From assembly GCA_977020255.1 (NCBI GenBank), contig CDROCS010000384.1, positions 62,001-126,000 on the forward strand: a stretch of DNA of 64,000 bases. The letters run 5' to 3'. Position 1 is the first letter of the stretch. Each line of letters starts with the position of its first letter. This DNA comes from Obrimoposthia wandeli (lineage: Eukaryota). The notes under the pieces were generated by a model, which saw only the letters and a program-made list of their open reading frames with translations, did no database searches and had not been told where the DNA came from. The position numbers and the translations under genes are program-made. Positions 1 through 12,217 of this stretch are shown piece after piece.

Positions 1-653
1 AAATAGTAAGAAATCTGTTGAATTTTTTTAAATATTATGAATTCGGATATAGAAGAAGTTTTTCAATAACTCTTGTAAAGTAAAAAGAAAAGAATTATCG
101 ACATAGTAGTGACGTAAAAAATAAGGATATTATATCCACTCAAGTACATCATTCGATTTAGATTTTACGAGTCCAAAATTAAATATGAAACTAACAGCTA
201 GACAAGCACGTAAAATCTGATCTCTAACCTGCTAGGCAGAAAAGTAAAACCAATACGTAATGCTAAGGGCATCTTCATTTAGTGTGTGCATTTGAATAAA
301 GTGTCATAGGATTAGTTGTCAGTACTTTTTAGAAATATAGTTAGTGTAAAATAAAGAATAGATCTTTCTTACAAATAAGTAGTTTTAACTTGAATCAACC
401 CACCTAGGATCTGAACGAGATCCACCCCTCTATACACCACACCACAATAAGGAAACTTTTTTCAGTACCTGGTGCACACAACTCTGTACACAACCCACAC
501 GACAAAACCACAAAAACCTTCAGATTTTGAGACTAGGATAAGTAAGAAAACATCTAAAATAGGCCCCCTATCTGTAAGACCTATTGATATAGAACTCACG
601 TTGGGGGCCTCACACGAGGATCTATTTAAGAGTTTCAAATAGAAACCCCAACA
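1..653 (-). mobile_element. Solo-LTR family copy D (5' end at 653; runs toward or off the window start)
   Basis: The reverse complement begins TGTTGGGGTTTCTATTTGAAACTCTTAAATAGATCCTC...GGCCCCCAACGTGAGTTCTAT, the same 5' block as the copies at 3011, 5585, 5771, 38290 and 50667. Homology is recognisable down to ~245. The 3' end is not visible. Confidence 0.75.
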
Positions 654-1039
654 AATTCCTTCATTATAAATTTACAAAAATCAACTTCACTATATATTTT
701 ATAATATTTTGAAAACTTTTTCAGTTCCAGTTCATATTTAGTTCTAGTTTCAGCTAACAGTTTTGCTACTCTACTAGGAACATTTCTAACTGATTTAGAT
801 AAGACAATGACTCGTTTCTTTTTATCTACTGCATGTTTGCTAACAAAACCGAATTGGACAGCTTCGTTTTTAGATTCAAATGTCAATTTAATAAATTCTA
901 ATCGATTATTAAATGTAACTTTTTTATTTTTATAAAATACTTTCACTTTTTATCTATAGAAGATTATGGCTCAATAATAATAAACCTTTAGTAATTAGCT
1001 AGTAAGCAACACATTATGTTTTAAAGTTTTCAGTAAATT

Positions 1040-2190
1040 TCAATGAAGACCATGTAATGACCAAGAGAACATTTTTAGGTTATTTGCCCAGAATATTCGA
1101 TCTTTTAGGATTAATAAGCCCTGTGGTAATAGTTGCTAAGATATTTATGCAGCAAATTTGGTTGGGATGACAATTTAAGGAAAGATTTGAATGAAGAGAT
1201 TTCAAGTTAGATAAAAGGTTCTCAGGCCTTAGCTAATGTTCAAATTCCACGTTGCTTGATGAAAACAAATGGCAAAGCTTCAAAAATACATTTATTTGTG
1301 GATGACTTTATTGAAGCTTATGGAGTCGCAGCATATATCCGAGATACCAATTTAGTTAAATTAGAAGTTCAACTAATTACATCAAAAGCAAGAGTTACAC
1401 CTAATAAAGCAGGAAGCATTCAAAGATTAGAGCTAATAGTGGAATGCAAAGGGGTTCGATTGGCAAAGTTAATAGTAGGTGCTTGGAAGAAATACGTCAA
1501 AGAAGTTGTGTTTTGGTGTAACAATGAGACCGTTCTTTGGTGGATAAAATAACCCACAAGTGTTATAAAACTGTTGTGGTTAAATGCGTAGGACGGATAC
1601 AAGAAGACCCAGATCCTAAGCTATGGCTATGTGTTTCGTCTCAGAAAAATCCAATGGAATTTGTATCTCGTGGTAATGACACATTTCAAGACACTGGTAA
1701 TGCATTATGGTGGTGTGGACCAGAGTTTCTACGGATGAGTGACAAATGATGGCAATCAAGTTTTTGTTTTCGAATCAAGAAGAAAGACATAGAAAGGAAA
1801 AAACCAATAAATATGTTTGTCACTTCAGTTTCAGATTGTTCTCAGATAGGAATTTGTTTCGGGTTTGATGTATTGTTGAGAGTGTGAGCTTGAATTGTGC
1901 GATTTGATCATTGTGAGTTTTGACAGATGAAATTAGAGTCTAGGAAATTAAGCGTCGATGAATTAAAATTTAGTGAAATAGGGCTGGGCAAGAAGTGGCG
2001 CAAGGAGTAAGATACCTTGAAAATAAATGTATCGGTATTAATTTTAGACAACAAAAATGTAAGATGAGCTTTGCCATTATGAAGGGTAATCGAATTGATA
2101 CCAAATAGTGATGGTAAGGTTTAAGTTGCGAGATTAAGAACTCAAGGTAAACATATAGTTACGGAAATTCGTAAATTATGTTTGTAATAT
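1040..2190 (+). mobile_element. Degenerate BEL/Pao LTR retrotransposon pol (late RT, Pao RNase H region, integrase C-terminus) with an internal deletion
   Basis: Translates, with stops and frameshifts, to TKRTFLGYLPRIFDLLGLISPVVIVAKIFMQQIW, IHLFVD..AYG.AAYIR..VQLITSKARVTP..SIQRLEL, LWWCGPEFL and RVIELIPNSDGKV.VARLRT. These are canonical BEL/Pao motifs. Confidence 0.88.
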
Positions 2191-2820
2191 TATATATTGT
2201 TCTTATAATAATTTATTATAGAAATCTTCAGATAAATTTTACTATAATAAAATTATTTGTGTTGTTAGATTAAGGAAAATTGAAAATAAGATAAATAATA
2301 ATAATTATTTATACTAAAAATTGTAACCTTAAAATCAAAAGTTGAAATTAATTTAAATAGAAAATTAAAAATAAATAGATTTTAGAATAAAATATCGAAT
2401 TAAAATAAATTAAGACCTTGAAGAGTTCGTGGGGAAATGTGTGTGGAATGAGTAGAACTGTGTGAGAAGGGGCCGAAGAACATAAATTTGGTGAGAGAGG
2501 ATGGGTAAATTTCGGAAAGGAAGTTGAAAACTAATTAAGTAAGAGGAACGGGAACCTATTAGTCGTGGAACTCAAATTCATTAGTTCGCGAAGAAGCACT
2601 CAGACAGGAATACTTCGAGATGCAGCCGGCATCTTCCATGTTTCAGAGACTGCGAGAAAAAAGAAGTCAGTAAGTTGGATATATAAAAGGAAATTATTTA
2701 TCGACTTAGCAGAAAATATCAGAATAGAAGAAATTCAAAAAAGGTCAACGAAGAGAGAAGAGTATCGGTGTTGTGAATTGAAGGCGGAAGCGGACATGAG
2801 TAGAGTTAGGCTCAAATCAA

Positions 2821-2955
2821 ATTATTTGGAGAATCTGGAATTGATCTCGAATCATATTATTTGGAGAATTCGGAATTGAACTCGAATCACATTATTTGGA
2901 GAATCAGGAATTGAACTCGAATCACATTATCTTGGAGGATCAGGAATTGGAACTG
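2821..2955. repeat. 35-bp tandem repeat, ~4 copies (ATTATTTGGAGAATCAGGAATTGAACTCGAATCAC), inside the putative BEL LTR
   Basis: Units start at 2821, 2856, 2891 and 2926. Confidence 0.9.
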
Positions 2956-3010
2956 GTGAGAAATATAAACAGCATTAATTGTGTAAAAGTTTTATTAGAT
3001 TTTGGGAATT

Positions 3011-4235
3011 TGTTGGAGTTTCTATTTGAAACTCTTAAATAGATCCTCGGATGGAGGCCCCCAACGTGAGTTCTATAGCAATAGAGCTTGCAGTTGTTCG
3101 TGGCCTATTTAGAGGTTCTTACCTGTCTCAATTTCTAATCTAAAGGTTATATTTTCAATCGGAATTGTAGATGTTTGTGTGCAGAGTTGTGTACACGGTA
3201 ACTGGGAAATTTCCCTTAGTGTGGTGTAATGTATGAAGGGTTGGTTCTAACCTGATTGCAAGGGTTTGTTCAAGACAACACTATCTAATGTAGGAAATTT
3301 TTATTTTCTAAACTCACACTAATTAGGTTCCTAAAAATTACAACAATTAGTCCTAAATACGTCCTTAAAATTCACACAATGGGGATGTCTTACGTAATCG
3401 ATTTTAATCGACCTAATAATTCGATAAGTTTATCAACTTTAATTTTTGAATGTAGATTCTTTTATAAACTTTCGATATAAAATATGGGACAATTTAACTG
3501 TACAATAGATTCTTTTTCACCTTTATCGTTCCTTCTTGAATGGCCCACAGAGACTGGCTGGAGTTTACCGTCAAACGCTTAGAGACCGAGGTCTGGCAAA
3601 TTGTCCTGGTAATCCGTTCCTTGTTTCTCTTCTTTATCCTGGACAACTGAAATTAATGGTGCTGATCAAATAACTTAGTCACCTCTCGTTTTTATCCTCT
3701 TTGTCTCTATCCTGGATAATTCACTTTTCTGATTTCTGTAGTAATTTCGAGTCAATTTTAATTAGTACTGCCCGCTCTCCGATAGTATATTCTTTATATA
3801 ATCCTGATTTCTGAAATGAATTAAATTTTCACTTAAATTAAGTGCTATTACCTTGTCTGGATTCCGGCTGTTGATTTCCCGCTCGCCTCTTCGCTGCAAT
3901 GGACTGGCTTGTAGTGGTGCTAAGTGGCGCTAATGGACTCCTGTCTGAGCGCTTTTCTTCTTTCTTCTTAGTTCTCAGTTTTCTTCTTTTTTTAATTTTG
4001 CCCAATCTCTTAATTGCACTCCGTCGCTAATTATATTCAGTCTTCTATTGGTTTGTTCTCTTTTTGGCCACTAAACTCTTATATATCTCATATCATACAC
4101 TTGACCTTGTCAAGGCCCTAAATACTTTTTATCTTATAATATTTAATTTTAAATTCCATTTAAATTTTATTTTATTTTTAACCTTGCTTTCAAGGATTCA
4201 TTTTGCTATATAATAAATAATTATTTTTGAAAATT
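3011..4235 (+). mobile_element. Solo-LTR copy A; its last 9 bp (ATCCTAACA) are displaced to 5586-5594
   Basis: Starts TGTTGG at 3011. AATT occurs at 3007-3010 and again at 5595-5598, directly after ATCCTAACA, giving a 4-bp TSD. Confidence 0.85.
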
Positions 4236-5585
4236 AATTATTATATAGTAAAATAAATTCTTGAAAGCAAGGTTAAAATTGAAATAAAATTTTAAATGGA
4301 ATTTAAAATTAAGTAATAAAATCAAGAAGTATTTTAGGACCTTAAAAGGTCATGTGTAGTGTGAGATGTGTATAAGAGTTTAGGGCCCCAAAATACGAAC
4401 GAACAAAAATTAATTAAGCCACCTAAGAGAAGAGAAGAAGAGTAATTAAGAAGAAAATCAACAGAATCTCCAACAGCACTTACTTAGCGTTGTGTTCGGG
4501 ACAATTCCATTAGCGCCACTTAGCGCCACTACGAGTTCTCCAGAATAACAAGAAAACACTGCGAGCCGGTAGCCAGACTAAAAGGTGAGTGCACATAAAC
4601 TAAGTGCAAATTAATTGTTTTATTTAGACTTATAAATAAGAAGATACTTACCCCAAAAGTGCAAAGTTGTTGAGAAAAAGAGGGTTAATTTTAAAAGAAG
4701 AATTACTTACCCCAAAGTCAGATTTCTGAAAAAAGAAGATTTAATTATAAATTTGGTGGATTAAAAGATTAAAAGAAGATTTGTTCATAAAAAAAGATTG
4801 TAGCAAATCAACAGATGCGCCGAGAAAAGGTGAGAGAGATAAACGAGTTTTTCCATCGTAGAATCGGCAAAAATAAGGCAAATTAAAGAAGTTATTATTC
4901 TACTTTTCAGACGTACCGGAAGGACAACAGACGTGCCGAGAAAAAAGGTTAGAACGAAAATGATTTTGAATTAAACCGATTTTGAATTAAACTAAAAGAT
5001 ACTGAAAGATTTTGAATTTTAAAGTGAGAACGAAAGGATAAATCGCTTTTTAATTGAAATATATTTTGCGTTGATTTAAAGATTATTGTGTTTTGATTAA
5101 AGGATTTCAATTAAAAGATAATTTGTTTTTTGACTAACATAAATTGTAATTTGAAATAAAGAGTATAGAACTCGTAAATTTTTTAGACCGATTAAAATCG
5201 ATACGTAAGATATCCCCACTGTGTGAAATTTAGTGACGTAGTTAGGACTAATTGTTGTCATTTTTAGGAACCTAGTTAGTGTGAGTTTAGAAAATAAAGA
5301 TTTCCTACATTAGATAGTGTTGTCTTGAACGAACACTTGCAATCAGATCAGAACTAACCCTCCGTACATTACACCACACTAAGGGAAATTTTCCAGTCAC
5401 AGTGTACACAACTCTTCATACATCTCCACAACACAGATTGAAAACAAAACCTTCAGATTAGAAATTGAGACAGGTAAGAACATCTAAAAAGGCCACGAAC
5501 AACTGCAAGCCATATTGCTATAGAACTCACGTTGGGGGCCTCCATTCGAAGATCTATTTAAGAGTTTCAAATAGAAACCCCAACA
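4236..5585 (-). mobile_element. Solo-LTR copy B, inserted in reverse into the 3' tip of copy A; own 3' end truncated
   Basis: The reverse complement starts TGTTGGGG at 5585 and is roughly 88-90% identical by eye to copy A over the first ~400 bp. The 3' block (TTAACCTTGCTTTCAAG) is present in reverse at ~4255-4280. Confidence 0.85.
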
Positions 5586-6229
5586 ATCCTAACAAATTAA
5601 TTGTGTGAAAGTTATAATCTATTTTGTGAAATAATTGTGTAAAAGTTTATAATCGAATTGTGAAGACGTGAAGCATATAATTGTTTGACACCTAAAATTA
5701 GAATTGTGTAGATTGTCAACTTCAGTTTGGGTGTTGTAAGTGATCTAGTTACTTAGAACGTTCATACTTGTGTTGGGGTTTCTATATAAACTTCTCAGAT
5801 ATAGATCCTCTGATGGAGGGCCTCAACGTGAGTTCTATAGAAGCAGGACTTGTAGTTGTTTGAGGCCTACTTAAGCTATGCTTGCCTATTTCAATTTGTA
5901 TCCGAAGGTTTAATATGGTTAGGTGTTGTGAAATGTGTGAAGAGCTGGGTATATGGTTATTGCAAAATTCCCTTAGTGTGGTGTGTTGTATGTGGTGTGT
6001 TGTATGTGGTGTGTTGTATGTGGAGTAGTTGACAACTACTTGCTTGCAAGGGTTCTGTTCAATACAACACTGTTTAATGTAGGAAATCTGTATTTCTAAA
6101 ACACACGAATTTACGTTCTAAAAACAGCAATACTAATCCTAATTACTTTGCACAAAGTCTCTACACAAGTGGGGATGATCCACGTATCGATTTTTATTTA
6201 GGGTCGTTGGTTTACTAGAGTCTTTACTC

Positions 6230-6350
6230 TAAAATTATGGGCTGATTTTAGAGAGCTGGTTGCTCTAAAAATATGGATTGATTTTAGAAAGCTGGTTGCT
6301 CTAAAAAATAGGGATTGGTTTTAGAAAGCTGATTGCTTTAAAAATATGGG
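6230..6350. repeat. ~36-bp tandem repeat x3 with an internal hairpin (TTTTAGA(G/A)AGC-TGGTT-GCTCTAAAA) in LTR copy C
   Basis: Three consecutive units read directly from the sequence. Confidence 0.8.
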
Positions 6351-6445
6351 ACAATTCTTTGTCAATGAAATAATTGCCCACTTGCGGGTCAATTCTTTTT
6401 CAAACGCGGTCGTTATTAAAGGTAAAATTAGGATAACTAATTTAA

Positions 6446-6549
6446 TTCACTGATAACAATATTACTTCACTGATAACAAAATTACTGCACTGATAACAAA
6501 TTACTTCACTGATAAGAAAATTACTTCACTGATAATTACTTCACTGATA
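6446..6549. repeat. ~20-bp tandem repeat x6 (TTCACTGATAACAAAATTAC) in LTR copy C
   Basis: Units at about 6446, 6466, 6486, 6505, 6525 and 6540. Confidence 0.9.
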
Positions 6550-8445
6550 TTTACTTCACATTTCTTACCTTCCTCCGAATAGGCCTGCACGTCCGGTCTC
6601 GTTCGGTTCCTTCAATGTCGGCAGATTCCGGCTGCTCTTCCTCCTGTCGGCTACTTAGTCCTCGTTTCCAGGTGCTATAGTTGCACTGCTCTGATGTCCT
6701 ACCAAGTTTTTCAAGATTCGGCTTCTTCTTTTCCACTGTTTTCTGTTTTCAACAAATTCTGTTTTTTTCCCAAACGATTCGATTTGTTATTCTGTCTTTT
6801 ATATCGAATTCTTAAATTCAATTAGTTAATTTCAGCACTTAATTTAAGTGCACTTAATTTAAGTGCACTTACTCCCAAACGATTGATTTCCAGTGAGATA
6901 CACTTGCAATTCTTCTAAGTGCTTTATTCTTCTGACTGTCTAACAGCAGTCAAATCTCAGCGAGAGCGAGTTATACTTGCCGTTCTTCTAAGTACTTTCT
7001 TCTTCTGACTGTCTAATAGCAGTCGATTCTCAGCGAAGCTGGTTTTTAATTTTTGGGAATTCTTCTTAATTAATTCTGGGATTCTTTCTTGCTGGACCAA
7101 TTAACTTCTTAATGATCTTCTTTTTGACTAAATCTTTTTGGGGGCCGTTAACAATCTAAACTCTCCCTCATATATCGCAAATTAAACATGACCTTCGTGG
7201 TCCTAATATTTTCCCGATAAATTCTATTTTAATTTTATTTCATATTTAACCTTGCTTTCAAGGATTTTATTTTGATATAAAACAATTAATTATTTCGAAA
7301 ATTATTCAAAACCTAATCCTAACACTTGTGTAAAGTAGTGAAACTATTTTAGTTGTTTTTCATAAATTAAGTATTTCCTAAAATACTGACTAGTTGATTT
7401 ACGAATCACCACTCACGGATAGACGTAGGCACCTCTAATCTATATGTCGGTCGAGGGACAACCACGTGACGGTGTTTCAAGCACTGGGGTATTTGAGAAT
7501 TATTGTGCCCCAATATCACCGGAGGAACATCGTTATCGTCATTAATTTTTGGTCATATTTACCGAATCGGGATAACCTGTATTTTATACATCTTTAATAA
7601 ATCTTGAACCCTCTTCAGTTTAATATAATTTATTACGTTAAAATTGTCTCGTAGCCATATGATGTACTTGAGCTGTAATCTTGCAGCAATACGGGTTTGA
7701 ATACTCCTTGTGCATATAGCACACTAAATGATTTTAAAATTATTTTTCTTAATTTACGGTAACCAAACGTATTGAATGCTATTCAGGTACTGTTAAAATA
7801 CACAATTATTGTCAAACTTTATAGCTTTCTAATCGGATGAAATATCTAATATTGTCTAAGTCTCAAAATTACGGTTTTTAAAAAAGATAAAAATTAAATA
7901 TTGTCTTTGTAATTAAAATGATTTCAACAATTTTATTCAATAACATAATTTAATTCATCGGAACTAATTTTCGTTGGTTCTTTAAAAATCAATAAACAAT
8001 ATCTAAGAGTTTATAAATATCTGAGTTTCACAATTTCAAATACAAAAAAATTATATCCAACACAAAAAAATTAGTTAACTTGACTCTCTTATAAATAATA
8101 TTCAAATAAAAAAAAATACAGTCAGCAAAAGTCTAAAATATCCAATAATCCTACATTTTACAACTTTAAGAAATTTTTTTTTAATTCAGAGAAAATGTCT
8201 AAATAAATCAATCTAAACTGACATACAGTTTATTATTATTTTTTTGTGGTTGTGTTTAAGACGATGTAATTTCAAAGATGATCCATTTTGATTATGAGCC
8301 AATGGACTTGTAGTCGTATGTTACATGTTTAATATGCAGCGAATCAAATCGTAGTTGAATAATGACTAGGTTCACTTGTTTCACTTTTTGTAATTACATG
8401 TAATTTGTATTTAGGAATTTATCCATTGTAACCGTGATTCTTAGC

Positions 8446-9906
8446 ATGTCTCAATTTTACGGTGGATCGACGATTTTGTCCCCATTGACAGATGTTGTCG
8501 GACTCCCCGTGGATCAGATTAATTTTTTATTCTGTGGCCTTATCTCAATAGCGTTTGGTCAAGTAATGCGATACAAATTTCCTCCAGACCGGTTTTCTCC
8601 AGGAATTCGGGCATTAGTAGAGTCTTCGTTTGGCTTGTTAATAGTATTATTCTGCTATGGAGTCCAGGTAAAATATCTAATTTTTCAGTCTATGGTTGCA
8701 TATCTGATGCTGATGGTTTTGCCTTCAAGAGTTGCCGCTCATATGGTCACATATTGGAGTATGGGGTTTATGGCTGTTGTACATTTGTATCGGATGCATT
8801 ATGATTATGGTGGTTATACGCTTGACATATCTGGTCCGGTGATGATTCAGACACAAAAGTTGACGAGTTTGTCGTTTAATTTGTTAGACGGACATCGATT
8901 GAATATGGGTCAAAAGCTAGCAAACGAAAAGCACAAAGAACACGCTGTGAGAACGTTGCCAGATGCTTTTAATTTCTTTTGTTATACGATGTATTTTCAC
9001 GGCATCTTGGCAGGACCCTTTGTATTTTATAATGAATATGAGTATTATCTTCAAGGATACAAAAGTCAATCAATCCCAAATGCCAAGAAACAACTGTCAG
9101 CTGCTCTATGCTTCTCTGTAATTCATGGATTACTAACGGCATACGTTGCCCCGCAATTTCCTTACATATTTGTGTGTAGCACAGATTATCAGAGAATGCA
9201 TATGACACGACGGATCATGTTTACAATGATTTCTTTCTTCCTCGTACGCCAGAAATACTATTTTGCCTGGTCCATTGTAGAAGCTGGTGCTCTCAGTGCT
9301 GGCTTAGGTTACAAAGGCAAAGACGAAAAAGGTGAAAATGACTTTTCACTTGTAAAGAACTACGACTTTGCAACAATTGAGAGTGGCAGTAGTCTCAAGG
9401 TAATTATTGATGGATGGAACATCTCAACAACAAGATGGTTGCGTGAGCTGATCTATGAGCGAGCACCGTTATGCTGTCGCACTATTCTGGTATTTTTAAC
9501 GAGTGCATTCTGGCATGGTTTCTATCCCGGTTACTATCTGACGTTCCTGACCTTTGCGCTCATGACAATCGGAGCCCGCAAGATTCGCAAACACATTCGC
9601 CCACTCTTTGCCACCAACCCGGTTACTCTGCAATTTTATCACATCATCACAAAGATATCCGCCAATCTTGCTCTCAATTACGGTCAAGCACCATTCTATC
9701 TCCTGGAGTTACAATCTGCACTGCTTTTCTGGAAGCCCTACTACTTTTTTGGACACATTCTGGTGCTCTTCTTCATTGCTGCACTGCAGCTGCAGCCAGC
9801 AGTGGTGATAAAAGAACATGTGGTGCAGATTAACTATCGGTTTAGCAAGAAGGCACTACGCCATTTAGTCAGACTGAAATACCGGTTACAGCGGACGCTT
9901 GGCTGA
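8446..9906 (+). CDS. MBOAT2: Membrane-bound O-acyltransferase, MBOAT1/MBOAT2 (Oysgedart)-type lysophospholipid acyltransferase; CDS has no introns
   Basis: 486-aa ORF from ATG 8446. N-terminal YGGSTILSPL..VGLPVDQINF, DISGPVMIQTQKLTSL, LAGP, RQKYYFAW, WNIST.RWLR and the catalytic-His motif SAFWHGFYPGYYLTF. MBOAT1 and MBOAT2 cannot be told apart. A possible 5'-UTR intron lies at 8316-8414 (GTATGT...TTTAG). Confidence 0.9.
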   Translation: MSQFYGGSTILSPLTDVVGLPVDQINFLFCGLISIAFGQVMRYKFPPDRFSPGIRALVESSFGLLIVLFCYGVQVKYLIFQSMVAYLMLMVLPSRVAAHMVTYWSMGFMAVVHLYRMHYDYGGYTLDISGPVMIQTQKLTSLSFNLLDGHRLNMGQKLANEKHKEHAVRTLPDAFNFFCYTMYFHGILAGPFVFYNEYEYYLQGYKSQSIPNAKKQLSAALCFSVIHGLLTAYVAPQFPYIFVCSTDYQRMHMTRRIMFTMISFFLVRQKYYFAWSIVEAGALSAGLGYKGKDEKGENDFSLVKNYDFATIESGSSLKVIIDGWNISTTRWLRELIYERAPLCCRTILVFLTSAFWHGFYPGYYLTFLTFALMTIGARKIRKHIRPLFATNPVTLQFYHIITKISANLALNYGQAPFYLLELQSALLFWKPYYFFGHILVLFFIAALQLQPAVVIKEHVVQINYRFSKKALRHLVRLKYRLQRTLG

Positions 9907-10843
9907 TAGCATGTTTGTACATACGAAACAAATGAAAGAATTATGTTAATTCCGTTTGATCAAAAACTCAGCGTAACCAACAGATTTGTATTTCAATTAT
10001 AAATGAGCATATAAACATAATAATATTTATGATTAATTTGTCTTCAGTCTATTTAATATTTATTTGTATAGCAATATATGGTACTGTTTTCTTAATCATT
10101 TCTTATATACCCTTTTACTTTTTTATTAATATGTACTTCAAAGATAATTTATTTTTGAATTAATAACCCTCATATATTCATTATTTCGAGCTACCATGCT
10201 TATACGAAATTACATTTATGGACTACTTGAATAATTTGTGTTTTTATTTTCACACATTAGTTTAGTTTGAATATTAAAAATATATATAAACCCCAATATT
10301 AAAATGTAATAAAATCGAGATTTTAATTATTAAATAATCCAGAATGTAACTAAACATAAAAACAAATTTACAATCTTTAATTATATTTTGTGACAGTTTA
10401 ACCCGATCTTCAAATGAATTTATACAAATAAAACAAGTATGAAACATTTTGTATCGTGGAATTCATATAAAAATTTTATAGAAAATCTTTCTTACATTTA
10501 CAATAAAGGAATACATTCTTGGTAGTATTTACATTTTACAACTGTTCCACGTTAATAATTACTACATGTCTTAATTTCTTTTTATCGAATTTCAAATACC
10601 AAAAGACTAAAACATTATTTGAATAGTAATTATTTCAATCAAATAATCTGTTTCAATCTGTAAACATTTAAAAATAAATTCAGTTTGTAGAAATTATGTA
10701 ATCAGATAATTCAGATATGGATCTTATTGATTAAATAATTACTTTCACAATTCGATTGTGATTGGATGTTGACAAACGTTGCAAACTCGTAGTTTTCTAT
10801 GACGAAAATATTGATTTTAAATTTAGAAAAATGTGGTCAGATC

Positions 10844-12217
10844 AAAGATTTTGTATACATTTGTACATGCAAACCGACTAGTTACATGTGCTAATTAATC
10901 ATCATTTGATTCGTAATCAACCGTAAACTATGCATAGTTTCGACTTTAGAGTCAATCGAATTATCAATCTAAGCTGAAATTAAAATGTTGACAAACTAAA
11001 GTGGTTACAAATTGAGTGTTTGAGTGTTTCTTTGTCAACTTCATTTAACAAGTATATTTCAGGATATAGATAATTTCAAAATATGGACAGATTAAAGTCT
11101 CCAAATTGGAACTCTTCGTAAGTAAATCCAGTTTTCACTTCATAAAGTTTAAGTCTAAATCAGTGCTCTTCAGCTTTTTAACACGTGCAGCTCACTTGAA
11201 ATTTTCAAAAAGATAAGTTTTCCTTCCTTCCAGTGATATTTAAAAAAGTGATATAAATTTATTGATTTAAATACTTTGTATAAAGATTGTATTTGTTTAA
11301 AGATTTTGTATACATTTGTACATGCAAACCGACTAGTTACATGTGCTAATTGTACTATGTGCTAATTAATCATCATTTGATTCGTAATCAACCGTAAACT
11401 ATTGCATAGTTTCGACTTTAGAGTCAATCGAATTATCAATCTAAGCTGAAATTAAAATGTTGACAAACTAAAGTGGTTACAAATTGAGTGTTTGAGTGTT
11501 TCTTTGTCAACTTCATTTAACAAGTATATTTCAGGATATAGATAATTTCAAAATATGGACAGATTAAAGTCTCCAAATTGGAACTCTTCGTAAGTAAATC
11601 CAGTTTTCACTTCATAAAGTTTAAGTCTAAATCAGTGCTCTTCAGCTTTTTAACACGTGCAGCTCACTTGAAATTTTCAAAAAGATAAGTTTTCCTTCCT
11701 TCCAGTGATATTTAAAAAAGTGATATAAATTTATTGATTTAAATACTTTGTATAAAGATTGTATTTGTTTAAAGATTTTGTATACATTTGTACATGCAAA
11801 CCGACTAGTTACATGTGCTAATTGTACTATGTGCTAATTAATCATCATTTGATTCGTAATCAACCGTAAACTATTGCATAGTTTCGACTTTAGAGTCAAT
11901 CGAATTATCAATCTAAGCTGAAATTAAAATGTTGACAAACTAAAGTGGTTACAAATTGAGTGTTTGAGTGTTTCTTTGTCAACTTCATTTAACAAGTATA
12001 TTTCAGGATATAGATAATTTCAAAATATGGACAGATTAAAGTCTCCAAATTGGAACTCTTCGTAAGTAAATCCAGTTTTCACTTCATAAAGTTTAAGTCT
12101 AAATCAGTGCTCTTCAGCTTTTTAACACGTGCAGCTCACTTGAAATTTTCAAAAAGATAAGTTTTCCTTCCTTCCAGTGATATTTAAAAAAGTGATATAA
12201 ATTTATTGATTTAAATA
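10844..12217. repeat. Near-perfect tandem triplication, units ~455-472 bp
   Basis: Units start at 10844, 11299 and 11771. Copies 2 and 3 carry a 16-nt insertion and a 1-nt insertion that copy 1 lacks. Confidence 0.95.

Larger units (their letters stand above)
5771..7324 (+). mobile_element. Solo-LTR copy C (1554 bp), Ty3/gypsy-like
   Basis: Termini TGTTGGGG...CCTAATCCTAACA. 4-bp TSD CTTG at 5767-5770 and 7325-7328. Confidence 0.9.
2438..7617 (+). mobile_element. Probable 3' LTR of the BEL element, split by solo-LTR insertions (pieces 2438-3010, 5595-5770, 7325-~7617)
   Basis: A purine tract (GGGGAAA, 2431-2437) is followed by TGT at 2438. The motif AATTGTGT(A/G)AAAGTT occurs on both sides of the 3011-5594 insertion. 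The candidate end AATAAA...GAACCCTCTTCA at 7617 is unverified. Confidence 0.45.

Noticed and set aside
1-7324. Foldback or giant-TIR transposon suggested by alternating repeat orientation
   Set aside because: TG...CA termini and individual 4-bp TSDs (AATT, CTTG) show these are separate solo LTRs.
8969-9833. Alternative-frame and antisense ORFs overlapping MBOAT
   Set aside because: Shadow ORFs of a GC-richer coding region, with no motifs.
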